A DNA stretch of 64,000 nt from Phyllobates terribilis (GCF_046119375.1 NW_027362764.1:415896001-415960000); one strand, 5' to 3'. Positions 35,463 through 49,099 are shown, numbered from the stretch's first letter. Translations and numbers: made by a program. Notes: a model not told the origin generated them from the letters alone.

Positions 35463-38400
35463 ATGGGCAAGACACGTGGCAAGGGACGGGGATCTGGACG
35501 TGATGGTTATGGTGCATGCAGAGTCTGATGACTAGCCCGTCCGCAAGCTGAAATTGTGCCACAACAAACACCTACATCTTCTCTCCCGACCTTCCTGTCC
35601 CAATTCCTATGGGACCGCAGCACACCACTATTGAACCCAGAGCAGTGTCAAAAGGTTGTTGGTTGGATAGCAGATAATGCTTCCAGTCACTTAGCCACCA
35701 TCACCGTGTCTTCCACACGGTCAAGTCTCAGTAGCTGTGAGTCTGGACCGCATATTCCTCACCCTGATCCTCCTTCCTCCCACCATGCCGAGTGCCCAGA
35801 CATGCAGAGCGAGGACAGCAGCACACAGGGGGAGGGAGGCAAAGCACCCCAACAGGCAGGAAGAAGCAGTGTGGTGGCCGCAGAAAAAAGGCAGGCAACA
35901 GTTCCCCGTAACACCAACACGAAGGAAGTTGCCAGTACAACTGTTAGGTCTTCCCGAGTCTGGTTGTTTTTTAAAGACTCTGCCGATAACCCCAAAAAGG
36001 CCATTTGCACCACCTGCCAGGCCAGCATCAGCAGGGGTGGCAAAACAACCAGCCTGACCACCACCAGCATGATCAGGCTCATGGCAGCAAAGCACCCGAC
36101 TTTGTGGGCCAAACCCCAGGGTCCAGGAACAGTGTCTGCGGGTGGCACCATTGCTTCCTCCGCTGTTGTGCATGCAAGCCAATCTCCTATCCATGGTGCA
36201 TGCGAAGATGCCTCCTGCCCTGCACCTGTCGTTGCACACTCTCAAGTAGTAGCATCAGGAAGCACGTCCATGTCTTCGTCCCAGCGCAGAGTTCAGTTGT
36301 CCATACCCTAGTCCTTGGAACGCAAGCGCAAATATGCAGCCAACGCCCCACAGGCCACACTACTAAATTCTCACATTTCATGACTGCTTGCGCTTGAAAT
36401 GTTGCTTTTTAGGCTCATGGAGACGGAAGTATTCCCCAACCTGATGGCAGCAGCCGTCCCTCGGTACTCGGTCCCCAGCCGCCACTATTTCTCCCGGTGT
36501 GCACGTGTCCCAAAACATTAACCGTGCCCTCAACAACACAGTTACCAGGAAAGTCCACCTAACCAAGGACATGTGGACAAGTGCTTGTGGGCAGGGATGG
36601 TACATCTCGCTGACGGCACACTGGGTTAACATAGTGGAAGCCGGGACCCAGTCGGACCTTGGGATGGAACATGTCCTCCCGACGCCAAGGATTGCGGGCC
36701 CTAGGTCAATCAGGGTTGCCCCCACGGTCCACAGCTCCTGCACCTCATCCTCCTCAGCCTCCTCCTCCTCTTCAGCCTCCATCTCCGAAATGACCACATC
36801 AGTCACAAGCTGGAAGCACTTCAGCACTGCCTCGGCCAAGCTGCAACAGGCTGTGCTGAAGCTAATATGCTTAGGTGACAAACCGCACAATGCTGAAGAG
36901 TTGTGGACAGCTCTGAAAGAGCAGGCAGATCTGTGGCTCACACTGCTGAACCTACAGCCAGGCATGGTCTTGTGTGACAATGGCTGGAACCTGGTGGCGG
37001 CTCTGAGGCGAGACAAGCTCACACACGTACCATGCCTGGCCCATGTGCTTAACCTCGTGGTTCAGCGGTTTCTCAAATCCTACCCGGAGCTGCCAGATCT
37101 GCTTACTAAAGTACACCGCTCTTGTGCCCATTTTAGAAAGTCACCTACAGGTTCCGCCGCCCTTGCCGTGTTTCAGCAGCGTTTGCAGCTTCCGGCTCAC
37201 AGACTGGTGTGTGATGTCCCCACGCGTTGGAACTCTACACTGCAGATGTTGAGAAGGATTTGTGAGCAGAAGAGGGAGGGTAGTTGTTGAGTACCAGCAT
37301 CAACAAGGCCGTCGGTATTCAGTTCAGACTCCACACATAAGACCTCAGGAGTGGACATGGACATGGATGTCAGACATATGTACCATCCTCCAAAACTTTG
37401 AGGACTCCACCAAGATGGTGAGCAGCGATGACTCCATAATTAGTGTCACCATCCCGCTTCTCTGTCTTCTGAAACGCTCTCTGCTCACAATCAAAGAGGA
37501 TGCATTGCAGGCGGAGCACGATGAGATGGAGCAAGGGTGATTACACACAGCCCAGCCCCATCTCATCCCAATGTAGATTGGGTGACAATGAGGAAGAGGA
37601 GGAGGAGGAAGGACAGGAGCTAGTTTCATGCACTATAGACGGTACTACCTGCACAGTTGTCATACCGTCTGTTCAGCGTGGATGGCCAGAGGACAGAGAG
37701 GAGGAGGAGAGCATGGTCAGTCATCCTCTTGGTGAGGACATGGAAGTCTTGCTTGTGATTAGTCTGGCACGCATGGCTAAGTTTATGTTACGCTGCCTTT
37801 CCCATGACAATCGCGTTCTCAAAATTTTGGGTGACAGTCATTACTGGTTGGTGACACTTCTATACCCACGCTACAAGGAGAACTTTATATCTCTTATTCC
37901 CGAGACAGACAGATCTACAAAAATGGGTCAGTATCAGAAGGCCCTTGTTGCGGAACTTTTAAAAAAATTTCCATCTGAAAACGCTGGCGGCAGAGGTCAC
38001 AGTTCGTTGGACAACCAAGGAGTAGAGGCGAGAGAGACACAAATGCAATCCAGCAGAGGCAAGGGAATACTGTCAAAGTTCTGGGAGAATTTTCTCAGCC
38101 CCTCCCATCGCACAGGCCCTGAGGCGCAGGGTACTCCTCAGAAGGAGTGCAAAGTTTGGGAAGATGCGGAGGGAGTACCTTGCCGACCGTACCAACATCC
38201 TCCGTGATTCCTCTGTGCCTTATAATTATTGGGTATCAAAGCTGGATACGTGGAATAAACTGTCTCTCTATGCCTTGGAGGTCCTGGCCTGGCCTGCCGC
38301 CAATGTTTTATTAGGGCAGGTTTTTAGTGCCGCTGGTGGAATTATAACTGATAAGCGCATCCGCCTGTCAATTGAAAATGCTGACAGGCTGACTCTTATA

Positions 38401-38466
38401 AAAATGAACAAGGGCTGGATTGGGCCACACTGCTCAACACCACAGGATGATAGCAGCGTAACATAA
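35463..38466 (+). pseudogene. hAT transposase with BED zinc finger, fragmented
   Basis: SRVWLFF..AICTTC..H (BED); DMWTS; DNG..HVPCLAHVLNLVV; CDVPTRWNST; YWVSKL..VFSAAG..R (C-terminal dimerization); multiple frameshifts. Confidence 0.9.
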
Positions 38467-38739
38467 ACTCAAATCCAGTGTCTTTTCTTAGGAGGTGTAT
38501 TCCCATGCACCTTTTCACACCCAGACATGGGTATACGCTTCCTGATTTGGGCTATTTGCTCTTGTCCTCCTCCTTCTCCTCATCCTCCACCACCATATCA
38601 CCAGGGTGACCGTGGTCCATGATGCAACACCCACATAATTTTTTTAAAGGGTGTTTATGATGCCCGTAAAAATTTTTTTTTTTACAGTATGTTCATGTAT
38701 ACCCCCCAGGGATAAATATTTGTCAGCCCATACACTTAG

Positions 38740-39300
38740 TGCATGGGCATTACAAGTATAGGAGGCATGCTCCTTTCTAATGGGAACATTTTTTTATGAG
38801 GCCCTCCTCCACGTCTCTTCCAAGGGTCATTGGAGTGCCTCCCAATTTTTGGCAGCCCTTGCATTCACTGCATAGGCCAACACTATGGGAGACCCACTTC
38901 CTAATAACGGGAATATTTTTTTATGAGGCCCTCTACATCTCTTCCAAGGGGCATTGGAGTGCCTCCAAATTTTTGGCAACCCTTGCATTCACTGCATAGG
39001 CAAACACAATGGGAGACCCACTTTCTAATAATGGCAACATTGTTTTCAGGAGGCCCTCTGACTTCCACGTCTCTTCCAAGGGGCATTGGAGTGCCTCCAA
39101 ATTTTTGGCAACCCTTGCATTCACTGCATTGGCAAACACAATGGGAGACACATGGGAGACCTACTTCCTAATAATGGGAATATTGTTTTCAGGAGGCCCT
39201 CCTCTAAGTCTCTTCAAAGGGGTATTGGGGTGCATCCAAATTTTCAAAGTGGTATTGGGGTGCATCCAAATTTTGGGCAGCCCTGGCACTCACTGCATAT
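38740..39300. repeat. Diverged ~125-bp subterminal tandem repeats of the hAT
   Basis: TCTTCCAAGGG..ATTGGAGTGCCTCC..TTTTTGGCA..CCTTGCATTCACTGCA recurs three times plus degenerate copies. Confidence 0.8.
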
Positions 39301-40847
39301 GCAATAACAGTATAGGAGACCCACTCTTTAGTAATGGGAACAATAAAACATAGCCGGCTGATGGCTCTCTAAGAATAGTGAGGGCCGACTACTGGGCCTT
39401 TAAGAATAGTAAAGGCCACCTAATGGCCCTATAAAAATAGGCTTTGTGACTCTCACTCTTTCATAAATGAAACACGATGTGTCTGATGATATCTCACACA
39501 CCACATGGCCAGATAAGGTTGTAAAATGTTAAAATGACATTTCCTGGTGAATGCATTTGTCACTGTTGAAAGCAATGCAAAAGTGAAAAAACGCATCAAA
39601 AACGCTATGTGTGAACATAGCCCAAGGTGTGGAGGAGCATTTTTGTTTTTAGTTATTTATTTTACTTTATATACAAGTCATTACCCTGGAAAGGATGTTC
39701 CTTAACATATATCCCAGGAAAATCCATTTTGGTTTCGTTTTGGTATGTTTTATTGTTAGTCCGTAAAAGTGGCGTAATACCTCTGACAGCGTTGTTGACA
39801 GAAGTGACCTGGGAGTCAGAAATGCTTCCAGGGGTCTTCCCCATGCTGTCCCCATGTCAATTGAGCACTGTTCCCATCGATTTGGGCAATTTTTAGGCCC
39901 TCTGCAGACTGCCGGGGGGAGCCGCCTGAAAAATACTCGAGTTTCCCATAGACTTACATTGGGCTCGTTGCTCGGGTCGAGCACCCAAGTATTCCAATGT
40001 GCTCAACCCGAGCATCGAGCACCCGAGCATTTTAGTGCTCTCTCATCACTATTTATAACGCTTTAATATCAAAAGCTAAAAGACAGAATATTCTGAGCAA
40101 ATTAGAGAAAAATTTTCTAAGAGTTGTTAATCCACCGATTGCCTTCTTCTATCACCTCCCCAAAATACATAAGGATGCTGTAAGACTCCCTGGGAGGCCC
40201 ATAATTTCAGGGATAGGGTCCCTGACATCAAATCTTGCTAATTATGTGGATGTAGTGATGCACACACATGTAGACCAACTACACAGTTACTTGAGGGACT
40301 CCAGTCATTTAATCCGACTTACGAAGGGCATTCCATGGAAGAACACATTTGTTTTCATTTCCATGGATGTTTCCGCCCTCTATTCCAGTATCCCACATGA
40401 TTTGGGACTGGTGTGTTTCAAAACGTTCATAGACATTGATCCACGGTTGACACCCATACAAAAAGATTTTCTGAATGAAAGCATGCAGTTCATACTTTAT
40501 AACAATTTCTTAACTTTTCAAGATACCTTATACCATCAGATACTTGGGACCGCGATGGGCTAGAAGGTGGCACCAATTTATGCAAATTTGTTCATGGCCA
40601 TCTTCGAGTCCATCTTCATATACAGCAGTATGCATGCACCCAATATCATCATTTACAAACGTTACATAGATGATTTATTTTTTATTTATGATAATTCAAA
40701 GGATGATGTGGGGTCCTTCCTCAGGAACATTGAAGATAATACCTGGGGTTTGGGTTTCACCCCCGTAGTAAACCCTAACACAGTTGACTTCCTTGACCTC
40801 ACTTTCTTTCATGACAATAAAGAAATTCACACAAGAACTTACTTTAA

Positions 40848-42108
40848 CCCCTTACTTACCGGGGACGTATTAGTACGCATATCTGCGTACCGCCGGTTCA
40901 GTGAGGGCTCCGGCGCTGAGCCCTCACTGAACCGAGCACATGTCAGCTGATTCTTACAGCTGACATGTGCCCGCAACAGCCGCGGGTGGAATCGCGATCC
41001 ACCCGCGGCTGTTAACCAGTTAAATGCTGCTGTCAATCTCCGACAGCAGCATTTAACGCGCGCTTCCGGGTAGCGCGTCATAAGCCCCGCCCACCGGCGA
41101 CCCCGTCACGTGATCGCGGGTCGCCGATGGGCGTGCATGACAACCCAGGGTCTGCAGCAGACGCCTGTGGTTGTCATGATCTTGTCGCTATGAGCGCCAC
41201 CTAGTGGTCGGCGCTCATAGCACAGGACCATTTCTGCTGCATGCAGGGGATCTGCTGGTCCCCTGTATGTAGCAGAGGCGATCGGACAGTTGCTGCTTCT
41301 AGTCTCCTATGGAGACTATAGAAGCATGCAAAAAGTAAAAAAAAAAAGTTTTTAAAAATATATAAAAAAAAAAATATATAAAAGTTTAAATCACCCCCCT
41401 TTCGCCCCATTCAAAATAAAATATATAAAAAAAAAACCCACATACACATATTTGGTATCGCCGCGTTCAGAATCGCCCGATCTATCAAAATAAAAAAAGA
41501 ATTATTCCGATCGGTAAACGGCGTAGCGAGAAAAAAATTCTAAACGCCAGAATTACGTTTTTTGCAATAAAATGCAATAACGGGCGATCAAAACATCGGA
41601 TCTACCCCAAATGTTATCAATAAAAACGTCAGCCTGGCACGCAAAAAATAAGCCATCAACCAGCCCCAGATCACGAAAAATGGAGACGCTACGGGTCTTA
41701 GAAAATGGCGCTATTTTTTTTTTTTTTTTTACCAAATTTTGGAATTTTTTTTCACCACTTAAATATAAAAGAACCTATACATGTTTGGTGTCTATGAACT
41801 CGTAATGACCTGTAGAATAAGAAGGGCAGGTCAGTTTTAGCATTCAGTGAACATGGTAAAAAAAATAAATAAAAAACAACTGGGGTATTGCACTTTTTTT
41901 GCAATTTTACCGCACTTGGAATTTTTTTCCTGTTTTCCCGTACAGGATATGATAAAACTAGTAATGGCGTTGAAAAGTACAACTCGTCCCGCAAAAAATA
42001 AGCCCTCACATGGCCATATTGACCAAAAAATAAATACGCTATGGCTCTGGGAACAAGGGGAGCAAAAACGAAAATGCAAAAACGAAAAATGCTCCGGGGC
42101 TTAAGGGG
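40848..42108 (+). mobile_element. Complete non-autonomous piggyBac-like element
   Basis: Perfect TTAA TSD; TIR CCCCTTA / TAAGGGG; excision restores the PLE RT frame. Confidence 0.9.
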
Positions 42109-43077
42109 TTAAACCTGTGGATGCGAACAGTTATGTCCATTATCAAAGTGGACACTACACTAAATGGTTGAGGAATATTCCGCTCAACCAATACAAAAGA
42201 ATTAAGAGGAATTGTAGTATGGACATAGATTTCATCAACCATTCAAAAGTTTTATCACATAGATTTCTTGGAAGAAGTTACCCGAAAAAAAATGATCCAG
42301 AGAGCATTCTCTGAAAACAAAAAAATAGAATAGACAGACTTAATCTTAATCTAATAATATAAAAGAAGGATTTTTACAATATGGCCTTTATTGGTATTAT
42401 GCGATATATCACAATAAAAGGATCTCCTTTAGGGTGATGCCTATTGACCATGTCCCCCATGAGACCTCAAACCGAGTCCAGTCTCTTAACAGGAAAGAGA
42501 TCTTCTGGATTCATAAGCTGAACACTATAAATCCACATGGACTGAATGAAACAACTGATTTGTTCAATTAATTGAGATATATCTATGGATTCTGCTTTGT
42601 TCCTCTGTACAACCCACCTCCTTTTTCTCTGTATTTTGTAATGATGAATGTTACTGACAAACATCCGCTCTTTCTAGGAAGGGGTTTCATCCCTTCATTG
42701 TGATTTGTCTTTGCTTCCTTTTTTCTAATCCCTGTTTTTTCCATTAGTTTTGACCCATCAATTGCTATGTGATTTTTATAGGGATCACCTAACTGCAATT
42801 TCTCATAATATTGAACATTCCTTCTTTTAAACTAGTCTAAGAGCTTTGGAGCTTCTTTTATCCATTATTATTATTATTTATTTAGGTTTTTTATCTCATA
42901 AATTCTTGTGAAATTATCACCAAATAAAGCGATCAAATCAAATTCACCCATGGCTCAATGGTTTAAAACAGCAGCAGCAGGGTGCTGACAAAGAACAAAT
43001 GGGTCAACATCATAGGTTCAAGCACTCCCCTAGCTTGTAAAATTTATTTATTCATTTAACTACTTTTTTAATATATA

Positions 43078-43083
<6 letters not shown>

Positions 43084-43136
<53 letters not shown>
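43084..43136. repeat. (TA)n microsatellite
   Basis: Direct reading. Confidence 0.95.
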
Positions 43137-43141
<5 letters not shown>

Positions 43142-43351
43142 AAAATTCTGCATTTATATTTTTAAATGTATGAGTAATGTTTTTAAGTGATATATTCCAT
43201 TATGCTTTATGATTGTTTTGTGGGTACTTTATGATGTATACATGCATTTAGTCTGATTACCCGCCCACTGGGTGTGGTGATTTTTTTGAAGGGAGGCGTC
43301 TCCATGTGCATTCTTTTGCTATAAGTAACAGACCCTCTATGTGTATGTGTA

Positions 43352-43407
43352 TAGACTGTCCTGAGGAAGTGGTGTGATCACCACGAAATGCGTAGAAATA
43401 AAGTCTA
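43352..43407 (+). ncRNA. Candidate minimal type I hammerhead ribozyme in the PLE tail
   Basis: CUGAGGA-A-[GUGGUG ugau CACCAC]-GAAA-UGCG-UA; flanking TAGACT/AGTCTA complementarity. Confidence 0.55.
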
Positions 43408-44289
43408 GTTCATCATTGCATCGACTTGGATTCCTCTGGTACATAATTCTGACAGGCGAGCAGCGCAGTCTGATGCCCCATTCTCTTCACCCAACAAAAG
43501 ACTATGAGAAATAAGATTCTCTGGTCTGATGAGACTAACATAGAACTTTTTGGTGATAATTATAAGCGGTATGTGTGGAGAAAACCAGGCACTGCTCATC
43601 ACCTGCCCAATACAGTCCCAACAGTGAAACATGGTGGTGGCAGCATCATGCTATGGAGGTGTTTTTCAGCTGCAGGGACAGGACGATTGGTTGCAATTGA
43701 AGGAAACATGAATGCGGCTAAGTACAGAGATATCCTGGATGAAAACCTCTTCCAGAGTGCTCTGAACCTCAGACTTGGCCAAAGATTCACCCTCCAACAA
43801 GACAATGACTCTAAGCACACAGCTAAAATAACAAAGGAGTGGCTTCAGAACAACTCTGTGACCACTCTTGACTGGCCCAGCCAGAGCCCTGACCTAAACC
43901 CAATTGAGCATCTCTGGAGAGACCTGAAAATGGCTGTTCACCATTCATCCTGACGGAACTGGAGATGATCTGCAAGGAAAAATGGCAGAGGATCCCTAAA
44001 TCCAGGTGTGAAAAACTGGTTACATCATTTCCAAGAAGACTCATGGCTGTACTATCTCAATAGGGTGCTTCTACTCAATACTGAGCCAAGGGTCTGAATA
44101 CTTATGACCATGTGATATTTAAGTTTTTCTTTTTTAATAAATTTGCAAGTCAAGATAGGGTGCAGGGTGTACTTTAATAAGAAAAAAAATTAACTTTTTA
44201 GAATTTACCAAATGGCTGCAATGAAACAACGAGTGAAAAATTTAAAGGGGTCTGAATACTTTCCGTACCCACTGTATATGACACCCCTA

Positions 44290-44560
44290 TTCTGGTATGC
44301 ATGGCCCCCATCCCCATTCTGGTAAACATGGCCTCCATCCCATCCCTATCCTGGTATATATGGCCTCCATCCCCATCCTGGTATATATGGGCTCCATCCC
44401 ATCCCCATCCTGGTTTACTTGGCCTCCATCCCCATCCTGGTATTCATGGCTCCCATCCCCATCCTGGTATACATGACCCCCCCAACCTGATATACATGGC
44501 CTCAATCCCATCCCCATCCAGGTATACATGGCCCCCATCCTGGTATATATGGCCCCCATC
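44290..44560. repeat. Degenerate ~22-bp minisatellite (CCCCATCCTGGTATATATGG-like)
   Basis: Direct reading; related units at about 33120-33170. Confidence 0.8.
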
Positions 44561-45244
44561 ACGCTGCACACATAAAAAAATAAATTATTCTACTAACCTT
44601 CCCTCTGCTCCCTCGCAGCACTGTGTCCTTTTCTGATGCCAGCAGCTGATTTCAGCATGTAAGCAGGTCATGACATCACTGCCATGTGCCCCCACATGCC
44701 AAGGTCAGCTGCTGGAATATTCACTGCCAGGGACTATGGAAGTGGAGAGCAGTGCATATTCATTCTCTTTATTAGCGGGTACACTGTTAGCCGCAGCCGC
44801 CGTATTCCTGTAGCGGCTGGGCGATCACATGTGTCCACTATTAAAGAGAATGAATATTCACTGCTCTCCACTCCCATAGTTCTGCCCACCTCTCAGCGCT
44901 ATGGGCATGTGGAGCAGTGAATATTCTCTTTAATAGCGGACACATGTGATCGACCATCCGCTGCAGGAGCCGGCTGCTGCAGCTAAGACTGTGCCCGCTA
45001 TTAAAGAAAATGAATATTTACTGCTCCTCACGCCCATAATTTCTCCCACCTCTAGGTGCCGGCCTTAGTGGGAGGGACTATGAGCTTGGGGAGCAGTGAA
45101 TTTTCATTTTCTTTAACAGCGGGCACAGTCTTAGCTGCAGCAGCCGGCTCCTGCCTCCTGTGACCCGCTCCTCCAACACTGCCTCTCCCCTTTACCCTAC
45201 AGCTACAGCCATAGCCACACTATAAAGGTACATCCGGACTATAA

Positions 45245-46109
45245 GGCTATGTGCACACGATGCAGAAATGCTCAGGATTTTTTCCTGAGCGTTTCTGCAT
45301 CTCCCTGGCAGAAAAAAACGCATGCGGATTGTACATGCGTTTTCCTGCCAGGGACATGCGGAAATGAAGCGGTCCCACTGACATTTCCGCATGCGGATTG
45401 ACAAGCGCTTCCCAAGCGATTAGCATCACTTGGAAAGTGCTTGTGACAACTAGGTCACACTATATAAATCCATGCAAATAGCATGGATTTATATAGTGTG
45501 ACCCGAGAGAGTGGTAAAAATAAAAAAATAAATGTATACTTACCCTCGGATGGCCCCCGGTGTCCCGCTCACTCCGTTCTCCCTTGCCGGCAACAGTGAA
45601 TTGAAAGACCTGCCGACGTCAGCGGCACGTGACCCGTCACATGACTCTGTCGTCGGCGCAGGTCCTTCAACTCACTGCAAAGTGCCGGGAACCAAGCAGG
45701 AGCGGTGCGCGGGCCGACAGAAGGTAAGTATACATTTATTTTTTATTTTATTCTTGTGCTTTTTTATGGTACCTGGGTGTGGAGGAGAGTCTCATCTTCT
45801 CCACACTCGGGTACCATCCGCACTTTAGAACGTGCCAATAACGCAAGTACAAATGCAGTCTTGCAGTATTGGCGCGTTCTAATGCAAGTCAATGGCGGCG
45901 AAAACGCCGCGTTTCTGCAAAATTTATGGACATGCTGCGGATTTTTGAGCGCAGCATAAATGCTGCGGAAAAATCCGCAGCATGGGCACAGCACATGCAG
46001 ATTTCCATTGGGGAACATTGCTGCCCTTCTACCATGCGTTTTTAATGCTTTTCCGCGGCTGCAAAAACGCCGCGGAAACGCATTAAAAACGCATCGTGTG
46101 CACACAGCC
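45245..46109. mobile_element. Tourist-like MITE
   Basis: TAA TSD; TIR GGCTATGTGCACACGATGC / GCATCGTGTGCACACAGCC. Confidence 0.85.
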
Positions 46110-46767
46110 TAAAACACACTCCCCACTTTCCTCCAAAATTTTGGAGGAAAAAAGTACGTCTTATGGTCCAAAAATACGGTAAGTGAAAAACAAAAATTCA
46201 TAAAAAAATGTGCATGTGTCGCCATTCTCCAAGCCATAATGGTTTAAATTTTTGGGTAATAGAACGGTGTTAGAGCTCTTTGTTTGTGCCTTGAGCTGTC
46301 ATTCTTATTGATACCATTTTAGGGTAGATGAAATGTTTCAATCACCTTATGGCTTATTTTCGTGGCCAAAAAAAGGCAATTGTGGCATTTTGATGTTTTT
46401 ATGATTTAATCAGTTACAGATCAGGTTAATTAATTTTATATTTTCATTGGGTAAAAGAGGGTGATTTCAACTTTTATACATACTGTATATTTGTTCTATT
46501 GTTTTCTTTTGTACTTTTTATTGTATTTGTTATTCCCCTTAGGAGACTTGAACCTGCGATCATCCAATCGCTTGTGCTACAGTGGCATGTAAAAGTTTGG
46601 GCACCCCTGGTCAAAATTACTGTTATTGTGAACAGTTAAGCAAGTTGTAGATGAAATGATCTCTAAAAGGTCTAAAGTTAAAGTTGACACATTTCCTTTG
46701 TATTTTAGGCAACAGAAAAAAATTCAAAATATGAATATATATATATTGAGAGAGAGAGAGAGATATA

Positions 46768-48330
46768 CAGTGGGTACGGAAATTATTCAGACCCCTTTAA
46801 ATTGTTCACTCTTTGTTTCATTGCAGCCATCTGGTAAATTCTAAACTGTTCATTTTTTTTCTCATTAAAGTACACGCTGCACCCCATCTTGACTGAAAAA
46901 AAACCCAGAAATTTTGAAAGTTTTGCAAATTCATTAAAAAAGAAAAACTGAAATATCACATGGTCATAAGTATTCAGACCCTTTGCTCAGACACTTATAT
47001 TTAAGTCACATGCTGTCCATTTCCTTGAGATCCTCCTTGAGATGGTTCTACTCCTTCATTGGAGTCCAGCTGTGTTTAATTAAACTGATAGGACTTGATT
47101 TGGAAAGGCACACATCTGTTTATATAAGACCTCACAGCTCACAGTGCATGTCAGACCAAATGAGAATCATGAGCTCAAAGGAACGGCCCAAGGAGCTCAG
47201 AGACAGAATTGTGGCAAGGCACAGATCTGGCCAAGGTTACAAAAGAATTTCTGCATTACTCAAGGTTCCTAAGAGCACAGTGGCCTCCATAATCCTTAAA
47301 TGGAAGACGTTCGGGACCACCAGAAGTCTTCCTCGACCTAGCTGTCCAGCCAAACTGAGCAATCGTGGGAGAAGAGCCTTGGTGAGAGAGGTAAAGAAGA
47401 ACCCCAAGATCACTGTGGCTGAGCTTCAGAGATGCAGTAGGGAGATGGGAGAAAGTTCCACAAAGTCAACTATCACTGCAGCCCTCCACCAGTTGGGCTT
47501 TTATGGCAGAGTGGCCCGACAAAAGCCACTCCTCAGTGCAAGACATATGAAAGCCCGCATACAGTTTGTTCAAAAACACAAGAAGGACTCCCAGACTATG
47601 AGAAATAAGATTCTCTGGTCTGATGAGACGAAGATAGAACTTTTTGGTGATAATTCTAAGCGGTATGTGTGGAGAAAACCAGGCACTGCTCATCACCTGC
47701 CCAATATAATCCCAACAGTGAAACATGGTGGTGGCAGCATCATGCTATGGAGGTGTTTTTCAGCTACAGGGACAGGACGACTGGTTGCAATTGAAGGAAA
47801 CATGAATGTGGCCAAGTACAGAGATATCCTGGATAAAAACCTCTTCCAGAGTGCTCTGGACCTCAGACTTGGCCGAAGGTTCACCTTCCAACAAGACAAT
47901 GACCCTAAGCACACAGCTAAAATAACAAAGGAGTGGCTTCAGAACATCTCTGTGACCATTCTTGACTGTCCCAGCCAGAGCCCTGACCTAAACCCAGCTG
48001 AGCATCTCTGGAGAGACCTGAAAATGGCTGTCCACCAACGTTCACCATCCAACCTGAACTGGAGAGAATCTGCAAGGAAGAATGGCAGAGGATCCCCAAA
48101 TCCAGGTGTGAAAAACTTGTTGCATCATTTCTAAGAAGACTCATGGCTGTACTAGCTCAAATTGGTGCTTCTACTCAATACAGGGCAAAGGGTCTGAATA
48201 CTTATGACCATGTGATATTTCAGTTTTTCTTTTTTAATAAATTTGCAAAAATTTCTACATTTCTGTTTTTTTTCAGTAAAGATGGGGTGCAGAGTGTACT
48301 TTAATGAGAAAAAAATGAACTTTTTTTTTA
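46768..48330 (+). mobile_element. Tc1 family D, nearly intact transposase (likely ATG 47169), right TIR truncated
   Basis: MSSKERPKELRD..WSDETK..QQDNDPKH..SPDLNPAEH; frameshift near 48050. Confidence 0.92.
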
Positions 48331-49063
48331 AAGGCCCGACTTGGGGAGGGCTGCAGTGATAGTTGACTTTGTGAAACTTTTTCCTATCTCCCTACTGCAT
48401 CTCTGGAGCTCAGCCACAGTGATCTTGGGGTTCTTCTTTACCTCTCTCACCAAGACTCTTCTCCCACGATTGCTCAGTTTGGCTGGACAGCTAGGTCTAG
48501 GAAGACTTCTGGTGGTCCCAAACTTCTTCCATTTAAGGATTATGGAGGCCACTGTGCTTTTAGGAACCTTGAGTAATGCAGAAATTCTTTTGTAACCTTG
48601 GCCAGATCTGTGCCTTGCCACAATTCTGTCTCTGAGCTCCTTGGGCCGTTCCTTTGAGCTCATGATTCTCATTTGGTCTGACATGCACTGTGAGCTGTGA
48701 GGTCTTATATAGACAGGTGTGTGCCTTTCCAAATCAAGTCCTATCAGTTTAATTAAACACAGCTGGACTCCAATGAAGGAGTAGAACCATCTCAAGGAGG
48801 ATCACAAGGAAATGGACGGCATGTGACTTAAATATTAGTGTCTGAGCAAAGGGTCTGAATACTTATGACCATGTGATATTTCAGTTTTTCTTTTTTAATA
48901 AATTTGCAAAAATTTCTACATTTCTGTTTTTTTTCAGTCAAGATGGGGTGCAGAGTGTACTTTAATGAGAAAAAAAAAAGAACATTTTAGAATTTACCAA
49001 ATGGCTGCAATGAAACAAACAGTGAAAAATTTAAAGGGGTCTGAATACTTTCCGTACCCACTG
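48331..49063 (-). mobile_element. Tc1 family D 5' half in inverted orientation
   Basis: ORF 48328-48795 mirrors 47043-47490; ends with TIR plus TA. Confidence 0.9.
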
Positions 49064-49099
49064 TATATATAGATATATATATATTTATATCTGTATATA

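Larger units (their letters stand above)
34288..40051 (+). mobile_element. hAT (Ac/ZBED-like) DNA transposon, decayed
   Basis: TIR TAGTGATGAGCGAGC / GCTCTCTCATCACTA; 8-bp flanks CTTTTAAC / TTTATAAC (6/8). Confidence 0.88.
33615..43470 (+). mobile_element. Penelope-like element (N-terminal region, RT, GIY-YIG end, 3' tail) interrupted by hAT and piggyBac-like insertions
   Basis: IFNLSSYNLSFTEISLLQKGLSFCPT; YHLPKIHK..PGRPIISGIGS; MDVSALYSSIPHD; GTAMG; RYIDDLF; TYF/KPVDANSY rejoined across 40848-42108; FWIHKLNT..PHGLNE. Confidence 0.9.
33176..44274 (+). mobile_element. Tc1 family D, split: left end 33176-33614, catalytic half and right TIR about 43480-44274
   Basis: TIR (C/T)AGTGGGTACGGA.AGTATTCAGACCCC; ORF 43504-43953 [24 protein letters not shown]; N-terminal coding part missing. 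Confidence 0.75.
31068..46179. mobile_element. TA-flanked non-autonomous DNA element hosting a nested stack
   Basis: Ends (A/C)CGTATTTTTCGGACT..TAAGAC and GTCTTATGGTCCAAAAATACGG; left end split at 31088; its minisatellite resumes after 44274. Confidence 0.55.

Noticed and set aside
44287-44636. Repetitive Gly/Pro/Trp-rich ORFs on both strands
   Set aside because: Translations of a degenerate minisatellite.
46983-47168. N-terminal extension of the 383-aa Tc1 ORF
   Set aside because: Starts at a non-ATG codon in TIR/UTR sequence; the family-typical start is MSSKE at 47169.
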